Shown here: in pieces, positions 38,072 through 44,506 of the stretch
Numbering within the stretch: the first letter of the stretch is position 1
How the letters are laid out: every line of letters starts with the position of its first letter
Assembly (NCBI GenBank): GCA_035653455.1
Contig: DASRBV010000337.1
Span: 1 to 44,506, forward strand
Direction of reading: 5' to 3'
Origin: Pseudacidobacterium sp.
GTDB lineage: Bacteria; Acidobacteriota; Terriglobia; Terriglobales; Acidobacteriaceae
Length of the DNA stretch: 44,506 bases
Translations under genes and position numbers: made by a program
Notes under the pieces: model-generated
The model's input: only the letters and a program-made list of their open reading frames with translations
Told to the model about the DNA's origin: nothing
Database searches by the model: none

Positions 38072-39667
38072 TCAGAAACTCTCCGACTGCGTGGACTCCA
38101 CGCTCTTGTCTCTTATCTTCGCGCAACCAAAGATGCGAAAGTCCGAGACATCCTTCAGGCGGAAGATGGGCGCGTGGCTGTCCTTTGGGAGCCGGATGCG
38201 GAAGAAGTCCGCTTCGTGGACATCTTCAAGCACGAAGGCCGGACGGGCATCGGGCGCGGTATAGGCAATCTCAACGTTTGTCAGCTCAACGTTGTTCACG
38301 TGCCGCAGATAGAATCCGTGCGCAGGCAGCGGCCCGAACATATGCGGATCAGGATAGGCGTCTTCTTTCTCCGGTACCTGGATCGCCGCCATTTCCGCGG
38401 TTCCCCCGCCCTGGTGATGCAGATAGATGTTGCTGAATTTGAGGTCTTCTACCGCATGACCTGGGATTCCGCTGACAAGCACGGCCTGGTGTGACGCTGA
38501 ATTGTAACTGACAATGTTACTGAAAAGGATGCGCCGCGCATCGCCCACAGGAACACCCTGCGGCCCTCTCATGCGGCTGCCCAGACGCACGAAGATGGGT
38601 GTGTTCATGATGTCGCGCATGGTGATGTTGGTAATGGCAATGTCTTCGAGCAATGCCCCATCTACGCTTTCCAGCGCAAAGCCGCCACAGCCCTCAAATA
38701 CGCAGTTGGAAATCGTGATGTTTTTGAACCCGCCATTGGATTCGGTGCCGCACTTGATGCGTCCGGTGTGCGGGATGCGCTGCCCCGGCGGAAATTTTTT
38801 GAAGGTCCCATCGAGCAATGTGCCCAGCTCATACGTGCCAGTCACGTAGCAGTTCGTAATGGTTACATTCTCCGTGGCGCGCGCGTATCCCAGAGCATAC
38901 GAGCTTTTCGGGCAGATGCCGTCGTCCCACGGCGAATTGACGCTGCAATTTGAGACGCGGACATTCTTGCAACAATCAATGTCCATGCCGTCGCGGTTTG
39001 TGTCAATCTTCAGATTGTCAATAGTGAAGTTGTCTACGCCCGTCGCGAGAATGCCAAAGTGTCCCCCTTTGAGGATCGAGAAGTCGCGCAGAATAACATT
39101 GCGGCAGTTCTTGAGCGCAATGGCCTTGTTGCCGACACGCGGTTCTTCCGCGCGCGGCTCCTCGTGCGACAATCCGCGGCTGAGTCCTTTGCCATAAATC
39201 AGGCCTGGTCCGCAGATGGTGACATCGTGCAGACCTTCGCCCCAGATAAGGCTGTTATGCCAGTGATTGTGGCCGTAATCCTGGTAGTTCTCCCACGGGG
39301 CATTGGATTCGGCAGGATCATAGCCTTCGTTTCCGGACGATGGAGTTTCCGCCGCCAGAATCGTTGCACCCTGTGAGATGTATAGCGCGACATTGCTCTT
39401 CAGGCGAATGGAAAAAGAATTGTACGTTCCGGCAGGAAAGAGAACAGTGCCGCCTCCGGCACTTGCGGCAGCTTCAATGGCCTTGTTGATGGCGGGCGAG
39501 TCAATGGTCTTGCCATCCCCAGTGGCACCGAATGCGCGCACATCATAGATGCTTCCATGCGCTGGCGGAGCGGAGGCGGCAGGCTGAGCTCCGATCCCAG
39601 GTGGCGCAAAGGCCCCGGCTGCTCCAACCGTTGCATATTTCAGAAAGTCGCGGCGTTGTTTCTGCAT
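38072..39667 (-). CDS. Tat-exported GH28 polygalacturonase-like glycoside hydrolase
   Basis: RRDFLK Tat motif; DVRAFGATGDG; TNRDGMD, WDDGICPKS, RIKCGTES; beta-helix repeats. Confidence 0.9.
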   Translation of the reverse strand: MQKQRRDFLKYATVGAAGAFAPPGIGAQPAASAPPAHGSIYDVRAFGATGDGKTIDSPAINKAIEAAASAGGGTVLFPAGTYNSFSIRLKSNVALYISQGATILAAETPSSGNEGYDPAESNAPWENYQDYGHNHWHNSLIWGEGLHDVTICGPGLIYGKGLSRGLSHEEPRAEEPRVGNKAIALKNCRNVILRDFSILKGGHFGILATGVDNFTIDNLKIDTNRDGMDIDCCKNVRVSNCSVNSPWDDGICPKSSYALGYARATENVTITNCYVTGTYELGTLLDGTFKKFPPGQRIPHTGRIKCGTESNGGFKNITISNCVFEGCGGFALESVDGALLEDIAITNITMRDIMNTPIFVRLGSRMRGPQGVPVGDARRILFSNIVSYNSASHQAVLVSGIPGHAVEDLKFSNIYLHHQGGGTAEMAAIQVPEKEDAYPDPHMFGPLPAHGFYLRHVNNVELTNVEIAYTAPDARPAFVLEDVHEADFFRIRLPKDSHAPIFRLKDVSDFRIFGCAKIRDKSVESTQSESF

Positions 39668-39738
39668 CTGGTACGTTCTCCTGGTGGTCTGACCTCGTAG
39701 AAACAATACAGCAAGGTGGAAGAATTTGTCTCTGTTGA

Positions 39739-39762
39739 ATTTGTATACAAATATGTATACTT
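39739..39762. promoter_or_regulatory. Palindromic operator ATTTGTATACAAAT with adjacent ATGTATACTT
   Basis: Perfect 14-bp palindrome at 39739-39752 in the divergent GH28/S9 promoter region; resembles GntR-family operators. Confidence 0.6.
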
Positions 39763-39786
39763 AGCGGCAAAGACCTGAGGGGATTT

Positions 39787-42054
39787 TTGATCGCCATGAG
39801 ATTGCGCATTCTTTTTGCCGGCCTATGTTTCGCTACATGCCTTTATGGACAGGTCACCGTTGCCGACTACGAGCGCGCTGACCATCTGCGCGACAAATAC
39901 AAGGGCCTGGCCCTGAACATCCCCGAAGAACCGCACTGGATCGAAGACACCGACAGCTTCTGGTATCGCAAGACGGTCGAAGGCGGCCACGCCTTTGTTC
40001 TGGTGGATGCGAATGCTCTGGCAAAGCGTCCCGCGTTCGATCATGAAAAGCTCGCTTCGGCCCTCTCTTCCGCCAGTGGGGAGAAATACACGGCGGTCAC
40101 GCTGCCATTCCAGCGATTTGAATTTGTTGACAAGCAGACGGCCATCCAGTTCAGAATAGACCGCCAGCGCTGGCGCTGTGATCTTGCAAAATATGTGTGC
40201 GAGAAGGCCGGCGCGCCCGAACCGGAAGACGACGATGGCGGTTATGATGACACTCCCAAAGCTGTAAACAGCGAGACCAGCACAATCGCATCGCCGGATG
40301 GCAAGTTCGAGGCCTTCATCGAGAACTACAACGTCTATGTACGCGCGAAGGGCAAGCCGGAAAAGACCGCGCTGAGCTGGGACGGTTCCGAGGACAATTA
40401 TTACGCGTTGAGCACAATCGTCTGGTCGCCGGATTCACGGCATCTTGTGGCGTATCGCATCCGGCCAGGATACAAACGCGAAGTGCATTACATTGAATCT
40501 TCTCCCTCAGACCAGCTTCAGCCGAAATATTCTTCCATGGTCTATCCCAAGGCCGGAGACGTGCTTGCCCTTCCTCAGCCTGTTCTCTTTGATGTGCAGG
40601 AGAAGCGCGCCATCCACATAGACAACGCACTCTTTCCCAATCCTTATGATTTGTCCCGCGCAGAATGGTGGAAGGACAGTCGTGGCTTCACCTTCGAATA
40701 CAACCAGCGCGGACATCAGGTCTATCGCGTGATTGAGGTGAATGCAGCGACAGGCGCAGCCCGGGTGCTGATTGACGAGACCAGCAAGACCTTTATTGAT
40801 TACCGCCCGCTGGTTCCCGATCAGTACGACACTGGAAAAAGGGTGCGCATAGATGTGCATGACGGCAAGGAGATTATCTGGGCCTCAGAGCGCGACGGAT
40901 GGGAACACCTCTATCTGTATGATGGCGCTACAGGCAAAGTAAAGAACCAGATCACCAAAGGCGATTGGGTCGTGCGCGCCATTGATCATGTGGATCCCGA
41001 AAAGCGCGTCATCTGGTTTGAAGCGAGTGGTATGGAGCCTGGCAAAGATCCGTATTACATGCATCCGTATCGCATCAACTTTGATGGAACTGGCCTGACG
41101 CCTCTCTCAAACCAGGATGCAGACCATCGCGTGGTCTTTTCGCCCGACGGGAAGTATTACGCAGTTACGTGGTCACGGATTGACCTTGCTCCGGTTATGG
41201 AACTTCGCCGTGCCGATGACAACAAGACGCTCATGACCGTCGAACAGGGTGACATTCACAAACTGCTCGATGCAGGCTGGCGTCCGCCCGAAGTTTTCAC
41301 AGCAAAGGGGCGCGACGGCAAAACAGACATCTGGGGCGTCATCTACAAGCCTGCAAATTTAGATCCGCAGAAGAAGTACCCGGTCGTCGAGGCGATTTAC
41401 GCCGGGCCGCAAGGGTCCTTTGTGCCAAAGTCGTTCGGCCCGTGGGCGCAGCCACTGACTGAGCTTGGCTTTGTCGTCGTCCAGATAGATGGCATGGGCA
41501 CAAACAACCGCTCGAAGGCATTTCACGATGTTGCATGGCAAAATCTGAAGGACGCAGGCTTTCCAGACCGCATTCTGTGGCACAAGGCGGTGGCGGCGAA
41601 GTATCCCTGGTATGACATTTCGCGCGTCGGCATCTTCGGCACATCGGCAGGAGGACAAAGTGCAATGGGCGCGCTGCTCTTCCATCCTGAGTTCTACAAA
41701 GTGGCCGTCGCCAACAGCGGATGCTACGACAACCGCATGGACAAAATCTGGTGGAATGAGCAATGGATGGGCTGGCCGGTCGGCCCCCAGTACGCCGCAT
41801 CATCTGACGTGGACAATGCCTGGCGGCTCAAAGGCAAGCTGCTGCTGATTGTCGGCGAAATGGACAAAAACGTGGATCCCTCGTCTACGTTCCAGGTGGT
41901 CAACGCGCTCATCAAAGCGAAGAAGACCTTCAGCCTGCTCGATGTTCCCGGAGGCGGCCATGGCGCTGGCGGAGAATACGGGCAACGTGTCCTCGAAGAT
42001 TTCTTCGTGCATAACCTGCTGAACCAGGAGCCTCCGGACTGGAATGCACAGTGA
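39787..42054 (+). CDS. S9B (DPP IV-like) prolyl oligopeptidase family protein, secreted
   Basis: Signal peptide; beta-propeller motifs [15 protein letters not shown]; YAGP; nucleophile GTSAGG; DKNV; GGGHG. Alternative ATG at 39796. Confidence 0.92.
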   Translation: MIAMRLRILFAGLCFATCLYGQVTVADYERADHLRDKYKGLALNIPEEPHWIEDTDSFWYRKTVEGGHAFVLVDANALAKRPAFDHEKLASALSSASGEKYTAVTLPFQRFEFVDKQTAIQFRIDRQRWRCDLAKYVCEKAGAPEPEDDDGGYDDTPKAVNSETSTIASPDGKFEAFIENYNVYVRAKGKPEKTALSWDGSEDNYYALSTIVWSPDSRHLVAYRIRPGYKREVHYIESSPSDQLQPKYSSMVYPKAGDVLALPQPVLFDVQEKRAIHIDNALFPNPYDLSRAEWWKDSRGFTFEYNQRGHQVYRVIEVNAATGAARVLIDETSKTFIDYRPLVPDQYDTGKRVRIDVHDGKEIIWASERDGWEHLYLYDGATGKVKNQITKGDWVVRAIDHVDPEKRVIWFEASGMEPGKDPYYMHPYRINFDGTGLTPLSNQDADHRVVFSPDGKYYAVTWSRIDLAPVMELRRADDNKTLMTVEQGDIHKLLDAGWRPPEVFTAKGRDGKTDIWGVIYKPANLDPQKKYPVVEAIYAGPQGSFVPKSFGPWAQPLTELGFVVVQIDGMGTNNRSKAFHDVAWQNLKDAGFPDRILWHKAVAAKYPWYDISRVGIFGTSAGGQSAMGALLFHPEFYKVAVANSGCYDNRMDKIWWNEQWMGWPVGPQYAASSDVDNAWRLKGKLLLIVGEMDKNVDPSSTFQVVNALIKAKKTFSLLDVPGGGHGAGGEYGQRVLEDFFVHNLLNQEPPDWNAQ

Positions 42055-42078
42055 TGAAATCACGGAACTGGTGTGCCA

Positions 42079-42159
42079 TGTACAGTGTCGCCGGCTCCCT
42101 GTTGGTCGCGGTGACTGTAGTTGCGTGGCACGGTTAGACTCTCCGTGAAAATGCTATAG
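42079..42159 (-). mobile_element. MITE-like repeat, copy D (truncated, one terminus)
   Basis: Reverse complement TATAGCATTTTCACGGAGAG..ACTACAGTCACCGCGACCAACAGGGAGCCGGCGACACTG matches copies B and C over about 80 bp. Confidence 0.72.
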
Positions 42160-42185
42160 AAACAGCCACATAAGCCCTGGCTGGC

Positions 42186-42626
42186 TCAGGCGTGTGTGGA
42201 CCACCAGAGAAGCGCGATGAATAAAAGCTGCATTGGGATCCGCAACCAGAGCGGCGTTGGCGGCTTCCCGCGGAGAGTAATGCCCTGTTTAGCCGCATTG
42301 ACGTTGGCGACAAACATCCCGGCAAGGAGCGCGATAAGACAAATGGCCGCAAGTCTGCGAAATGAAGGGAGCCCAAGCCCGACGGCTCCCAGAAGCTCTA
42401 GCACGCCCGTGATGTAGACGATCAGCAGGGGATGAGGAAAGTATGATGGGATCATCCGTGCCAGGTCGTGCTTCATCTTGTTGAAATGAGCCGTTGCGGT
42501 GAAGATAAACATCACAATCAAGGCATAACGGGCGGACTCCTGCCACGAGGCAAAAGCGTGAACGCCAGCCGCCCCCATGGCGCGAAAGACGAGCCACGAT
42601 ATCAACAGCACGATCAGTACGAGCAT
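42186..42626 (-). CDS. DoxX-like membrane protein
   Basis: TATAHF..MIPSYFPHP..VYITGVLELLGA..ANV..LWLRIPMQ pattern. Confidence 0.8.
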   Translation of the reverse strand: MLVLIVLLISWLVFRAMGAAGVHAFASWQESARYALIVMFIFTATAHFNKMKHDLARMIPSYFPHPLLIVYITGVLELLGAVGLGLPSFRRLAAICLIALLAGMFVANVNAAKQGITLRGKPPTPLWLRIPMQLLFIALLWWSTHA

Positions 42627-42730
42627 GAGTGGTCGAATCCGGCTTCTGAAAGGTACCCCACACGCCAGCAATCTTGCATTTAGGCGTTATGCGGAGATCT
42701 TAGCAAACCAACGCCCAGCAAGAGAGCTCC

Positions 42731-42853
42731 GCTACAGCATTTTCACAGATAGTCTGGACCATGCCCCCAAACTATATTCGCAGCGGGCAACAGGGAGCCA
42801 GCGACATTGCACGGTGCAAATGGAGTCTACAGAATCTGTGAAAATGCCTTAGC
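42731..42853 (+). mobile_element. MITE-like repeat, copy C (full length)
   Basis: GCTACAGCATTTTCACAGAT..ATCTGTGAAAATGCCTTAGC, 18/20 inverted match. Confidence 0.8.
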
Positions 42854-42895
42854 TTCAGTCGGAGCAAGCGAAAGCACGGAAAAAATATGGCGGTA

Positions 42896-44494
42896 TTACC
42901 GTTGTAGCTTTTCTGCAACCGACTTGGCCTGCGTGAACAGGTAGAGGTAGTCCGGACCGCCGGCCTTGGAATCGGTGCCGGACATGTTGAATCCGCCAAA
43001 CGGATGCGCTCCCACCATGGCGCCTGTGCACTTGCGATTGAAGTACAGGTTGCCTACATGGAAGAGCCGTCGCGCCTTGTTCAGTTTTTCACGGTCAGGG
43101 GTGTAGACCGCGCCCGTCAGGCCGTATTCCGTATTGTTGGCAATCTCAAGGGCATGGTCATAATCCCTCGCCTTGATGATCGCCATCACCGGGCCAAAAA
43201 TCTCTTCCTGCGAAATGCGCGCATTCGGAGCAATATCGGCAAAGACCGTCGGTTCAATAAAGTGGCCCTTCTCCGGCGTCTCAATGGCATTGCCGCCCGC
43301 AATCAGCCGCCCTTCTTTCTTGCCAATTTCAATGTATTCCAGGATGGACTGCATCGCCCCCGCATTGATCACCGGCCCCATGTTCGGATTCAGCGCCGGA
43401 TCGCCCACCGTCAGCTTTGCCACCCGCTCGCGCACGCGGTCTACAAAAACGTCGTAAATCGGCTCCTCCACAATCGCCCGCGAGCAGGCAGAGCACTTCT
43501 GCCCGCTGAATCCAAACGCTGAAGCCACCACGCCCTCGACGGCGGAATCCAGGTCTGCATCTGCGCTGACGATAATCGAGTCTTTGCCTCCCATTTCAAG
43601 AATGGTGCGCTTGATCCATATCTGCCCGGGCTTCGTCTTCGCCGCGCGCTCGTGAATATCCAGCCCAACTTCCTTCGATCCGGTAAAGGCGATGAAGCGC
43701 GTTTTCGGGTGCTCGACAATGGCGTTGCCAAAGGTGGCGCCCGAGCCGGGGCAGAAGTTCACTACTCCGGCAGGCATTCCGGCTTCTTCCAGAACATCCA
43801 CGAAACGCTCTGCGATGGTTGGCGAATCGCTCGATGGCTTAAGGACGACGGTGTTTCCGGTGACAATGGCCGCCGACGTCATGCCCGCCATAATCGCAAA
43901 GGGGAAGTTCCACGGCGGAATCACCGCGCCCACGCCCAGCGGAATATACAGCAGCTCATTGCGCTCGCCCGGATACTGAATCGGCGTCGTCGCCTTCGAG
44001 AGCCGCAGCGCCTCGCGCGCATAGAATTCGAGGAAATCAATCGTCTCGCCCACGTCGGCATCGGCCTCGGCCCAGTTTTTGCCGACCTCATACGTGAGCC
44101 ACGCGCAGAACTCGAACTTACGCTTGCGAATAATCGCGGCAGCATTCAACAGCAGCGAGGCGCGCTCTTCGGCAGAAACAAAGCGCCAGGTCTCAAATGC
44201 CTTCAGGGCGGCCTGCATGGCCAGTTCGGCGTGTTCCGCCCCTGCCTTCTGATGGATACCAACAATCTGGCTGGGCCGCGCCGGGTTGCGCGATTCAATC
44301 TTGCCCGGGGTCTTGATCCGCTCCCCGCCGATGATCAGCTCATACTCATGCCCAAGCCTGTCACCAACATAGACCAGCGCCTCTTTCATCGCCTGGGCAT
44401 TTTCATGCTTCGAGAAGTCGGTAAACGGCTCGTTGCGAAACTCGCCCTGTGGCGAGCGCGGAAGGATGACAGTAGAGATTTCGGCTGTAGCCAT
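42896..44494 (-). CDS. pruA: L-glutamate gamma-semialdehyde (P5C) dehydrogenase, RocA/PruA type
   Basis: FRNEPFTDF, PPWNFP, FTGS, EMGGKD, catalytic SGQKCSACS, EEIFGPV, GTDSKAGGPDYL. Confidence 0.93.
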   Translation of the reverse strand: MATAEISTVILPRSPQGEFRNEPFTDFSKHENAQAMKEALVYVGDRLGHEYELIIGGERIKTPGKIESRNPARPSQIVGIHQKAGAEHAELAMQAALKAFETWRFVSAEERASLLLNAAAIIRKRKFEFCAWLTYEVGKNWAEADADVGETIDFLEFYAREALRLSKATTPIQYPGERNELLYIPLGVGAVIPPWNFPFAIMAGMTSAAIVTGNTVVLKPSSDSPTIAERFVDVLEEAGMPAGVVNFCPGSGATFGNAIVEHPKTRFIAFTGSKEVGLDIHERAAKTKPGQIWIKRTILEMGGKDSIIVSADADLDSAVEGVVASAFGFSGQKCSACSRAIVEEPIYDVFVDRVRERVAKLTVGDPALNPNMGPVINAGAMQSILEYIEIGKKEGRLIAGGNAIETPEKGHFIEPTVFADIAPNARISQEEIFGPVMAIIKARDYDHALEIANNTEYGLTGAVYTPDREKLNKARRLFHVGNLYFNRKCTGAMVGAHPFGGFNMSGTDSKAGGPDYLYLFTQAKSVAEKLQR

Positions 44495-44506
44495 AACCGT
44501 CTAGTG

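Noticed and set aside
11759-42853. MITE copies as CRISPR repeats or integron attC sites
   Set aside because: Dispersed, in mixed orientation, no regular spacers, no cas or integrase gene, and no RYYYAAC/GTTRRRY ends.

Overview
44.5 kb of ordinary-looking bacterial chromosome. The gene content (Oar-like TonB-dependent receptor, AsmA, GH20/GH28/GH57, S9 peptidase, BON protein) points to an Acidobacteriota (Terriglobia) genome; this is an inference. About 35 CDSs are present. Housekeeping genes are purS, ppa, rbfA, nrnA, moeA, cobA, uvrC, mscL, scoA and pruA/rocA; the rest are envelope, stress and secreted carbohydrate/peptide hydrolase genes. I found no rRNA, tRNA, CRISPR array, integrase or transposase. 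The most notable signals are non-coding. (1) A dispersed ~120-bp MITE-like repeat with TA-bounded terminal inverted repeats occurs four times, and two copies bracket the GH28 + S9 peptidase pair like a composite element. (2) A ~400-nt, densely hairpinned region with its own sigma70-like promoter and an internal terminator-like stem precedes a lone response regulator, making it a candidate unrecognised ncRNA or attenuator. (3) A TGTATACA palindrome lies upstream of both Tat-exported glycosidase genes. (4) A candidate sRNA with an anti-SD motif lies between moeA and an Nramp-like gene. All product calls come from recognising motifs by eye; no database searches were run.
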